From: Haliotis cracherodii
Lineage: Eukaryota
DNA length: 64,000 nucleotides
Direction of reading: 5' to 3'
Assembly: GCF_022045235.1 (NCBI RefSeq)
Contig: NW_027266264.1
Span: 38,006,001 to 38,070,000, forward strand
Of the stretch, positions 23,933-34,186 are shown one piece after another. The notes under the pieces were generated by a model. It saw nothing but the letters and a program-made list of their open reading frames with translations, did not search any database and was not told where the DNA came from. The position numbers and the translations under genes are program-made. The number at the start of each line of letters is the position of its first letter. Within the stretch, counting starts at the first letter, position 1.

Positions 23933-26900
23933 CTGGAGGAGGAAAAGACGGCGACATTAATGACTTCCAACAGATCCTTGGTGGAATGTATAAGCACTTT
24001 CACTGATTTTGTTACTCCATGTTCAATATGTATGACTATTTATATCTCACACGACTCTTCTCTCTGTACGTGTATGTGGACCACTCACCCAATCATTGTA
24101 AACTCTTCTCTCTGTATGTGTATGTTGACCACTCTCCTAATAATTGTAAACTCTTCTCTCTGTACGTGTATGTGGACCACTCACCCAATCATTGTAAACT
24201 CTTCTCTCTGTACGTGTATGTGGGCCACTCACCCAATCATTGTATACCCTTCTCTCTGTACGTGTATGTGGACCACTCTCCTAGAAATTGTAAACTCTTG
24301 TCTCGGTACGTGTATGTGGGCCACTCACCCAATCAATGTATACTCTTCTCTCTGTACGTGTATGTGGGCCACTCACCCAATCATTGTATACCCTTCTCTC
24401 TGTATGTGTATGTGGACCACTCACCCATTCATCGTATACCCTTCTCTCTGTACGTGTATGTGGGCCACACACCCAATCATTGTATACCCTTGTATCTGTA
24501 CGCGTATGTGGACCACTCTCCTAGTAATTGTATACTCTTGTCTCTGTACGTGTATGTGGGCCACTCGCCCAATCATTGTATACCCTTCTGTCTGTACGTG
24601 TATGTGGGCCACACACCCAATCATTGTATACCCTTCTCTCTGTACGTGTATGTGGGCCACTCACCCAACCATTGTATACCCTTCTATCTGTACGTGTATG
24701 TGGGCCACTCACCCAATCATTGTATACCCTTCTCTCTGTACGTGTATGTGGGCCACACACCCAATCATTGTATACCCTTCTGTCTGTACGTGTATGTGGG
24801 CCACTCGACCAATCATTGTATACCCTTCTCTCTGTATGTGTATGTGGACCACTCACCCATTCATCGTATACCCTTCTCTCTGTACGTGTATGTGGGCCAC
24901 ACACCCAATCATTGTATACCCTTGTATCTGTACGCGTATGTGGACCACTCTCCTAGTAATTGTATACTCTTGTCTCTGTACGTGTATGTGGGCCACTCAC
25001 CCAATCATTGTATACCCTTCTCTCTGTACGTGTATGTGGGCCACACACCCAATCATTGTATACCCTTCTCTCTGTACGTGTATGTGGGCCACTCACCCAA
25101 TCATTGTATACCCTTCTCTCTGTAAGTGTATGTGGACTACTAACCCAATCATTGTATACCCTTCTCTCTGTACGTGTATGAGGGCCACTCACCCAATCAT
25201 TGTATACCCTTCTCTCTGTACGTGTATGTGGGCCACACACCCAATCATTGTATACTCTTCTCTCTGTACGTGTATGTGGGCCACTCACCCAATCATTGTA
25301 TACCCTTCTCTCTGTACGTGTATGTGGGCCACTCACCCAATCATTGTATACCCTTCTCTCTGTACGTGTATGTGGACCATTAACCCAATCATTGTATATT
25401 CTTCTCTCTGTACGTGTATGTGGACCACTCACCCAATCATTGTATACCCATCTCTCTGTACGTGTATGTGGACCACTCTCCTAGTAATTGTATACCCTAC
25501 TCTCTGTATGTGTATAAGAACCACTCACCCAATCATTGTATACTCTTCTCTCTGCATGCTATTCATCGTGCATCTGGCCGCCTGTGCAATATATACAAAT
25601 ACAGTACAGTAGCTGACATCGTATAAGCATGACGGTCAGTAGCATCAGTCTTAAATGTATTGTTCGTCTGAAATTCCACATAGTCCTGTTAAAATATATA
25701 TAAAATGTATTTTCAGAAAGATTGCACCGCAAACTGTCGAATGGGATATTCTGAACCGTTTTGCCTACTTCAATTTTGCTTATGTTTCAGTGTTCACACA
25801 CAACACACCACAAACAAACCCCAATGTTTCAGTGTTCACACACAACACACCACAAACAAACCCCAATGTTTTAGTGTTCACACACAACACACCACAAACA
25901 AACCCTAATATTTCAGTGTTCACACACAACACACCACAAACAAACCCCAATGTTTCAGTGTTCACACACATCACACCACAAACAAACCCCAATGTTTCAG
26001 TGTTCACACACAACACACCACAAACAAACCCCAATGTTTCAGTGTTCACACACAACACACCACAAACAAACCCCAATGTTTCAGTGTTCACACACAACAC
26101 AACACAAACAAACCCCAATGTTTCAGTGTTCACACACAACACACCACAAACAAACCCCAATGTTTCAGTGTTCACACACAACACACCACAAACAAACCCC
26201 AATGTTTCAGTGTTAACACACAACACACAACAAACAAACCCCAATGTTTCAGTGTTCACACACATCACACCACAAACAAACCCCAATGTTTCAGTGTTCA
26301 CACACAACACACCACAAACAGACCCCAGCTGGCCATTGTATGCTAAAGGACAACTTATGGTACAAAATGACCTTCATGATGTTCCGCTCACCAAGATATC
26401 CCCCCGCCGTATACTGATGTTCGGAGTTGTGACGTTGTAGAATGTCTGAAACAGAAGGGCAGCCCTGAACCAGACAGGTGTAGTTGCGTTAATCTGATAT
26501 TTGTTACTTTATGGTCGTGTTGACTTAATCATTTACAAGTAATGGCGATACAAACACATAATGCTGACATTTTGTACATAAAAGGCGTTGTTTGTAATGT
26601 TATATTACTTAACTGCTGACGCATTCGGGATCTTTTGTACCAGCTGACGCCATTCACGGACCGCGTTATGAGTAGGCGAACTTCAAAGTGCTGATTAGAC
26701 CCCCCCACAGGGACGTAATAAGGTAATCTCGTGATATAAATGTCACAGTTCACTTCATCCAATAACTAAAGCTAATCGAATATCGAAGATGGAACAACGT
26801 TGCCATCATTTTTAATTTTGTTTCATTTATGAACCCCAAGAAAATTGGCCATGGGAGTAACTTTAAACAGTGGCACAGGTATTTGAATGTCATGTGAATT

Positions 26901-29900
26901 TGACAGCTGCACCAATGAAGCATGGTCTGAACTCTCCTTTTTCTTATACATACTCACGTTTTTGGACTCTTTCTTCGATATTGACACGTGCAGATAAATT
27001 TAAACACTAAAATAATCTCCCAAGCATTTAATTTCTTTAGGGCGTAGAAATAATTCCTGTAACATTTTACTTGTCATGTAGAATATGTCAAAACTGTCTC
27101 GTGAATGTTTCGATTAATACGTAGCTCGTGTATAAATGGAGCCAAAGGCAGACATTCTAATTGATTCGAGTCTCACTTTCACTGTAAGGGCAATTGCTTA
27201 CAGTCCGCTGCACTAACACAATGATGTCCACCACCTACCTGTGGCAACTGGGGGGACATCCGTCCTAGCTCTGTCCAGTGGCCGTCTCTAATCCGGTAGC
27301 CAGATGTTACTAAACCTGAGGCAAGGACATGCATTGTATTAAAGTTTCATGACAAACTAGTGCGATATATTCCAGGTGCCCGTTCCACAAAGCGATCTTA
27401 GGGTTACGAACACTTTGTTGCTAAGGTAGTACGACGCCCCCTGGGCCCATTTGCACAGTTACAATCGATCTTAGGCGCCTACAATCAATTCCACAATCAC
27501 CATACAGTTGTCCTATTCCACTGGCACAAACCGATCTTGGCGCGATTGTAAGACGGCTTAGATTTAATTTCGCTGTCTTAGCCTACAATGGCTTTGTTTA
27601 AGTGGATGGCGATGGCAGTCTAATCCTAAGATCACGATGTTATAAAATATTTGCAATAATTGTAGCGATAAGCTTGTTTTGTGTTTGTGGGCCCTAATTA
27701 TTTCCAGGCTGCGATGATGTATCGGGAACATTGTAGACACTGATCTACTCCTGCACGGACGGTGTATGTATATACATATGTTTACAAGTGGTCTGATGCA
27801 AATCCTATTATTGTAGCAGATAATTGGGTTTTTTAATTCAGATAACTATTGATGAAACTGTTGGATTTCATCTAGAGGGTGTACGAGAACAGATATCGCG
27901 CTGGTTTCGGTGTGAAGACAACCTTGATCAATGTGATTTCAGCCGTCGGTTATAAAGACTGGTCCTCAATATCAGTTCTAACACCACCTGGAAAGCCTGA
28001 CCGTGTTCGCCAGCTTTGACCCCTCCCAACACCCAAATAGAAGTGCTGGTACTTCCTCGCCCCGGAGAGCCTGGAAGACCTATGTGGTAGAGCTTACCTA
28101 GGTTATGCGAGTGCGTCCTATAGCCTACAGGGAAGATAGTGTAACTGTCGTAATCGCAGGCACTTTCCATGTGGAATTCTACCAAAAGAATCTTGAATTG
28201 TGACAACAGCAGAATCATATTACTAAATTGGTTAACGAGGACATGTTTGATATTTATTAATGATGGCATATTAATGGAGCTGAATGATATGTAATACACC
28301 AGGCGGTAAGTTTAGATGATTCATTACAACACAATTGTGTATACAATTGGATTAAAGTATTTAAACACCAATGGATATTATGAATAAACCTGATTGAACG
28401 AGTATTTCTTTTTAACCGTAAATGTGTGTTTTCTTTAAAGAAATTCAACCAACCTTGCCTTTGAGGAGGTATGTAGCCAGTATCTGCTAACACGTAGAAA
28501 CCCGCTTGCTTCGGTTGTCTGAATCCAAAACATGTTTTTGTTGACATTTTACAACTGTATAAACGATGGTCATTTTTACCCTCTTGGCTGTTTGCCTTGA
28601 AATCTTAATTACATGAAGTTTAATACCACATGAACAAAAGGGAAGAGGGGCTTCGTGAGATAAACAATGTTCATTCAGACAGCTGAATACTCTGTTCTGT
28701 TTGTCACAACCATCGATACCTGGCGGGACATAAAAGTAATAGAATGCATCGTTTCCTTAATTCTACCTGTAGTAGCTCTACCAATGCTGTCACTTACGGT
28801 GTGTAGGTCATGTGCAGTGTTACCCCGGAGTCATCCGTCAGATAACCTGTAAGTATACAATGACAAATACATGTAGTGTACCTTAGTGGTAAGTACCAAG
28901 TCAACAGGAGTAAAACGAAACTATTAACTTAATACCTGATAAAAGCTGTTCGAGAATTCGATATTCTGGGTTTCCTGGTTGACATAGAATTGGTTGGTTG
29001 GTTGGTTTGTTGTTTATCGCCGCACTCAGCAATATTTCAGCTATTTGACGGCGGTATGTAAATAATCGAGTCTGGACCAGACAATCCTGTGATTAATATC
29101 ATGAGCATCGATCCACGCAATTGGGATCGATGACATGCATCAACCAAGTCAGCGAGCCTGACCACCCGATCGCGTCAGTTGCCTTTTACGACAAGCATGG
29201 GTTGCTGAAGACCTGTTCTACCCCGGATCTTCACGGGTCGGTTGACATAGAAACAACCTAGCTTCATCACTATCTTACCCGGGAATCGCTGCACATAGTG
29301 TAGCTGTATGACGATATAATCGATCCCTGTGTCCCCTCCAACGCGGAACCCCACACCTGGAACAAACACGAACTGGTGAAGCGACAGCGTGGCACAGTAA
29401 TTGTCCTGGCTATAAGGAAAAAGCGATGCCAGTAGACGCAATCCCATCTTGAACCATTCTTATAAGGGAATTGAAAAATGAAATGTTTTAAGAGCCCTAC
29501 CATGGTTGTATCATACGTCTAATGTCTAATACGTATCTATGTAATTAATATATGAGCCACATTAATGACTTACACCTGTAACGTTGTTAGTCTGTATCTG
29601 TATTCACATGCTTCAAATAGAATCTGCACATACACCGAGCACCAACCATGAGGCCATATCATGCCGTTTAAATTCTGCCCGGGGTTAAATGAATGAGCTG
29701 GCTATAACGGCGCGTTGAACAGTAAATGATGGTGTGCTAGTATACGTGGACGGTAAGCCCAGAATGATGCAGGTCTTCCATCTTTACCATTGTGGTGAAC
29801 CAGTGAACGCGGGTGCTGACAAGTTTTGTTTGTTTGTTGTTTAACGCCGTTTAACTCATCAATATTTCAGGTATATGACGGCGGACTGTACATATTCGAG

Positions 29901-32900
29901 ACTGGACCAGACAAGCCAGTGATTTACATCATGAGCATCGACCCACGCAATTTGGAGACGATGACATGCATCAACAAAGTCAGCGAGCCATATCATTACG
30001 TATTTTGGCCATGGGATCGAACCAAAGATCTTCCGCTCTCTGGACAGACGCTCTATCCACTAGACCACGTGGTCGGTTCTGAGTAGTAAGTGGTACTGAA
30101 TGTGCATTCGCTCTGTTTGTAGAGGACGACGAAATGGCAACTGTTCGACATAAAACTTTGAGTTCATACGACGGTTTGTGACAGCCATCGACGTTGAAAT
30201 TTAAGACTTCGAAAGCCGGGTTTGAACATGCCTCTGTGACATTCTCAATAGTGTGGGCATATGACGATACACGCGTGTGATGTATTACTTTCAGGGAGTG
30301 TGGGCATATGACGATACACGCGTGTGATGTATTACCTTCAGGGAGTGTGGGCATATGACGATACACGCGTGTGATGTATAACCTTCAGGGAGTGTGGGCA
30401 TATGACGATACACGCGTGTGATGTATTACCTTCAGGGAGTGTGGGCATATGACGATACACGCGTGTGATGTATTACCTTCAGGGAGTGTGGGCATATGAC
30501 GATACACGCGTGTGATGTATTACCTTCAGGGAGTGTGGGCATATGACGATACACGCGTGTGATGTATTACCTTCGGGGAGTGTGGGCATATGACGATACA
30601 CGCGTGTGATGTATTACCTTCGGGGAGTGTGGGCATATGACGATACACGCGTGTGATGTATTGCCTTCGGGGAGTGTGGGCATATGACGATACACGCGTG
30701 TGATGTATTACCTTCGGGGAGTGTGGGCATATGACGATACACGCGTGTGATGTATTACCTTCGGGGAGTGTGGGCATATGACGATACACGCGTGTGATGT
30801 ATTACCTTCAGGGAGATTCATAGATGGTGCGTCAAGTGCCCAGGCAAACACTACTTGGCGTTCTCCGTCTGAACACACTGAGCGCTCCGAGCGGTCACTG
30901 GTCTCCCCACAAGACCTGAAACACAACACGTCAGAATTAAAAAAAAGTAACATGTTTCAGAAGCGGTCAACAACCGAGGTACAGCGGGCCCTGTAGTCCA
31001 AAATATACTTCTCGCTAGGTCAGTAAAGCAAAGACGTCTACATATATAAGATCATTGTCTCAGGAGCCATATGGATCCTTTCTGAGTGCATCATTATGTA
31101 ACCTTGGATGTCCAAACAGTCCGTATTGACAGTAGTTCCTGATTCATGAGATGTTTGACTACAATTTCATCAATAGTTATCTGAATTAAACATATAAAAA
31201 ACACATCCCATGGATGAATAACAATGATAAATAATATGTGCATTTATAATGCGCCAGATTCCATTCACCAAGTGGATGCTCAAAGCTCTACACTATTATT
31301 ACCCCGGTCAATGGATCAGTGAGCACTCGATTCTATTCTCAGCTCGCTGGGGAGTATACAACCCAAGCTGCCTGTGAGGCGCTAGAAAGATAACAGTCAC
31401 ATCACCATCTCTTCCTACCGGGTACCCATTCACTGATGGGTGAACAGAGACATATAACGAACAAAATCAATTGCCACGTGACACCAAGTGCGGTACGTGT
31501 GCTTCAGTGTGAGACAGGACCGAAGCCCTTGGAACTTCCAAGTTCGCCATTTTAAAATGACCATTCACTGAGAATAATTCTGAATTGCTTAATACACCTA
31601 GGATTTCTATCTAATCTGTCTGTCCGTATACAAGAGTAGTCAACTATAGTAGTGAACTATCAAAACAATAACATGGAATTGGAATTCGGAACTGTGTATT
31701 TTTGTCAGGCACAAACCAGTATGAACCCAAATGAGTCAAAATTAATCTTATTGCTATGGAAACAGAAACAATATAAATTCTAAAAATCCCTAAATAGAAA
31801 GAGGCACCCTGACAACCTGCTCTTTGTGTGTCTATAGTTTCAATAAAGAGTACCTGTTAGTTTTAGACATATGGTCCGGAGTCCAGACAAACACAGCACT
31901 ATGGACAGAATCAAAGTCACACTTGTTGCAATGGAAACAACAATATATGTTTTTTTAAATTACTAAATAGCCAAAGGCCCCACTTCAGACCTTAATTACA
32001 GAATTCAGAGAATAAAATAGAAAACAATGATTTTGAATCGAATGATGATATCGAGACGTACCAGTAGGGTCGCGTACTCCCGGGAACCTTGCATCCGTAC
32101 ACCATCAGATGATGTGCTCTGGTTCTGGAGGCGTGGGGGTCATACTTGACTGTACAGTAACAAAAGAGGGACATATTCTTTAAAAAAAACTATTTAATGG
32201 TACGTGTTTTTATTACATATCATTACTTATTTTTACAACGACATGATCATAGTTCTAATCTTCTTTATGAAAATCATCTTCATGAAACAATTTCGCGGTA
32301 TTGCATTATCCACGTAATGTACTTAATCATCTTAACGTACAGCGTGTTCGTCATGATTAAATTATGTTGATCGTGAATGCCAATCAGGATCATATTTGAA
32401 AAGTGTTTGATAATGATAATGTTACGACATGGAAACAGTGAGTGCATTTGTACCTATGTATGCCGTTCTCCTGTTTAACCTCACCGCATGGCAGAGTAGA
32501 GCGTCTGCCTTAAAACAGAACATTATCATATAAAGATGTATTTTTATAGATGGGTTATACTGATTCAAAGACCGAGACATATAGAATATTTAAATTCCCA
32601 ATAGACATTAACAAATGAAGCCCTGTTGTTCCCAGATATATTCACGGGAATATGTTACAGGCTTCAGAGTTTATTTGATATATTCATGTCAATCATTTCC
32701 GTCAGTATGATCCCTCGACAAAGAAACGCTTGTCATTATTCTCAAGCGTGAAAAGCATATTTCACATTACTCACACAGACAATATCTTCAAGGGTTCAAC
32801 ATATAACGCGTATAATATATACACGTGTGAATGAACTGTCTATACATAATCAGTTAGAATGAATGAATTGCATTAAATAATTACATTCCATTACGATAAG

Positions 32901-33373
32901 AAGCTACACACGATTACACTAATGTCAACCCAGCAAGAAGGGTTACCTACACAGGAAAATGTGTATGCAATTTGTATTTGATACACTTGTTCCTAAACGT
33001 GCTTCATCTTCAGTTTTTTATAACAGTTTGGCAAGGGGCCAGACCAGGTTGGCGCTGTGTGATTACATCTAATGTATGCATATGGATCAACAACAGACTG
33101 ACCGTATCTCAACTGGTATTGGTGATCACGCTATCTAATTATGACAAGTGCCATTTACAATATGTCTAATGTTTTCACAGTAACTTTGTCGCATGCTGAG
33201 GTGAAAATATCATCAGAACGTTATTTGATTCAAGAACGTACCTCCTCGGCTCGGACATGAGGCATACGGATTGTCCTAGTGAACGCACTGGGGTCTTCAA
33301 GTATCCCTCCATCGACATAGAGCACGGTGCAAACAAGTAGAAACACCTCAAGAAAAGTGTTCATGAAATCCAT
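23692..33373 (-). CDS. PHM: Monofunctional peptidylglycine alpha-hydroxylating monooxygenase (copper type II ascorbate-dependent), 12 coding exons, 360 aa
   Basis: Exons sum to 1083 nt in consistent phase with GT-AG introns; signal peptide; IRMPHV, AHHLMVYGC (CuH His pair), FAWALDAP, GVGFRVGG, IQLHY (CuH), YRTHSHNLG (CuM His), SPQLPQTFY, GDILAARC, DEMCNFY (CuM Met); stop with no PAL or TM domain. Confidence 0.96.
24052..25556 (-). repeat. 48-bp minisatellite (~31 copies) built from PHM exon 11 3' end plus donor site
   Basis: Minus-strand unit CAGAGAGAAGGGTATACAATGATTGG|GTGAGTGGCCCACATACACGTA. Confidence 0.95.
25529..25581 (-). CDS. PHM: PHM exon 11 (AARCTMNSMQREEYTMIG)
   Basis: gcacag| ... 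|gtgagt; its 3' half is the first unit of the 48-bp array. Confidence 0.93.
25783..26327. repeat. 39-bp minisatellite (~14 copies) in PHM intron 10
   Basis: aatgtttcagtgttcacacacaacacaccacaaacaaaccc repeated. Confidence 0.95.
26392..26445 (-). CDS. PHM: PHM exon 10 (TFYNVTTPNISIRRGDIL)
   Basis: tttcag| ... |gtgagc. Confidence 0.94.
27239..27315 (-). CDS. PHM: PHM exon 9 (GLVTSGYRIRDGHWTELGRMSPQLPQ)
   Basis: cctcag| ... |gtaggt. Confidence 0.95.
27442..27694. mobile_element. Probable small MITE in PHM intron 8
   Basis: Imperfect inverted ends gggcccatttgcaca / tgtgtttgtgggccc. Confidence 0.45.
28098..28178 (-). CDS. PHM: PHM exon 8 (EFHMESACDYDSYTIFPVGYRTHSHNL)
   Basis: CuM HxH motif; |gtaagc donor. 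Confidence 0.95.
28454..28518 (-). CDS. PHM: PHM exon 7 (QPKQAGFYVLADTGYIPPQRQ)
   Basis: attcag| ... |gttggt. Confidence 0.92.
28798..28846 (-). CDS. PHM: PHM exon 6 (GYLTDDSGVTLHMTYTP)
   Basis: ttacag| ... |gtaagt; DxSG motif. Confidence 0.92.
28990..29239 (-). mobile_element. SINE-like retroelement with GACCCGTG structured head and (CCAA)n tail
   Basis: 13-bp TSD ggttgacatagaa (28977-28989, 29240-29252); homologous to 33919-34186 and 42958-43182. Confidence 0.9.
29279..29356 (-). CDS. PHM: PHM exon 5 (GVGFRVGGDTGIDYIVIQLHYVQRFP)
   Basis: ttccag| ... |gtaaga. Confidence 0.95.
29824..30078 (-). mobile_element. Chimeric SINE: tRNA-like head joined to the 3' body of the GACCCGTG family
   Basis: Minus strand tggtctagtgg (A box)...ggttcgatccc (B box) followed by ggctcgctgac...gatgctcatg...tggtccagtctcg...ggcgttaaacaacaaac. 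Confidence 0.7.
30251..30815 (-). repeat. 47-bp minisatellite (12 copies) built from PHM exon 4 donor site
   Basis: Minus-strand unit CTCCC(T/C)GAAG|GTAATACATCACACGCGTGTATCGTCATATGCCCACA. Confidence 0.95.
30806..30915 (-). CDS. PHM: PHM exon 4 (SCGETSDRSERSVCSDGERQVVFAWALDAPSMNLPE)
   Basis: tttcag| ... |gtaata. Confidence 0.95.
31225..31530 (-). mobile_element. SINE (same family as 15030-15320)
   Basis: Minus strand gtctctgttcacccatcagtgaatgggtacccggtagg core, tgtatactccccagcgagctgagaat, gcgcattataaatg tail. Confidence 0.65.
32062..32149 (-). CDS. PHM: PHM exon 3 (VKYDPHASRTRAHHLMVYGCKVPGSTRPYW)
   Basis: CuH HH motif; canonical splice sites. Confidence 0.95.
32454..32508 (-). CDS. PHM: PHM exon 2 (ADALLCHAVRLNRRTAYI)
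   Basis: ttttaag| ... |gtacaa; phases 0 and 1 match neighbours. Confidence 0.9.
33242..33373 (-). CDS. PHM: PHM coding exon 1 (MDFMNTFLEVFLLVCTVLYVDGG...IRMPHVRAEE)
   Basis: Hydrophobic signal peptide; donor gtacgt; acceptor ttacag before 33455 implies an upstream non-coding exon. Confidence 0.88.
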
Positions 33374-33918
33374 CGTTACGGGTCTTCAACGACGTTTAAA
33401 CCATGTTCCAAGTAGAAGTGGGTTAGTCACATGCGTCCTTATCACTTCCTCGGGCCTGTAAATAGAGATAATCAGATAAAGTGCAGAGCGAGGGCGTGTG
33501 CTATTTATGTCTCTTTGTCTTTCTGACAGTCAAATACACAACAAATCTTCACACTTCACCACCAACGTAGTTTATATATAAACATGAAAATACTGAAGCA
33601 TATAGACATTGACTGATGTTGACTGAATGTATCACGACTTCATGAAACCAAACAAAGCAGGTTATCTGAACGAGTGTCTTCCGTTCATGTCAAAGAATAG
33701 AGGTAGGGTCGACATCCAAGGATCCCTTCAACTGACCTCGGAAACCCAAATGATGAAATTCCAAGAAGGGTGATTCGCCTTTAAACATCAAGAGCTTACC
33801 CGTGGTTGAGGTGAATAGGTTTAACAGTTATTCTTGTCTACAGGCACACTAAACCATTTGTTGTCAATGGCTTCTAATTGTGACGTACGCCTTGGAGCGA
33901 ATGGTTCCTTAGTGTCCT

Positions 33919-34186
33919 GACCCATGAAGATGCGGGGTAGAATAGGTCTTCAGCAACCCATGCTTGCAGTAAAAAGCAATTATGTTTGTCGTAAGAGGCG
34001 ACTAACGGGGTCGGGTGGTCAGGCTCGCTGACCTGGTTGATGCATGTCATCGATCCCAATTGCGTGGATCGATGTTCATGATATTAATCACTGGATTGTC
34101 TGGTCCTGACTCGAATATTTACAGACCGCCGTCAAATAGCTGAAATATTGCTGAGTGCGGCGTTAAACAACAAGCCAACCAACCAA
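33919..34186 (+). mobile_element. SINE-like retroelement with GACCC(G/A)TG structured head and (CCAA)n tail
   Basis: 12-bp TSD ccttagtg(t/a)cct (33907-33918, 34187-34198); same 5' start as the 28990-29239 copy. Confidence 0.9.

Noticed and set aside
23924-25612. 562-aa and 368-aa plus-strand ORFs
   Set aside because: Artefacts of the 48-bp (16-codon) minisatellite, antisense to PHM
25655-26440. 261-aa repetitive ORF
   Set aside because: Translation of the 39-bp minisatellite in PHM intron 10
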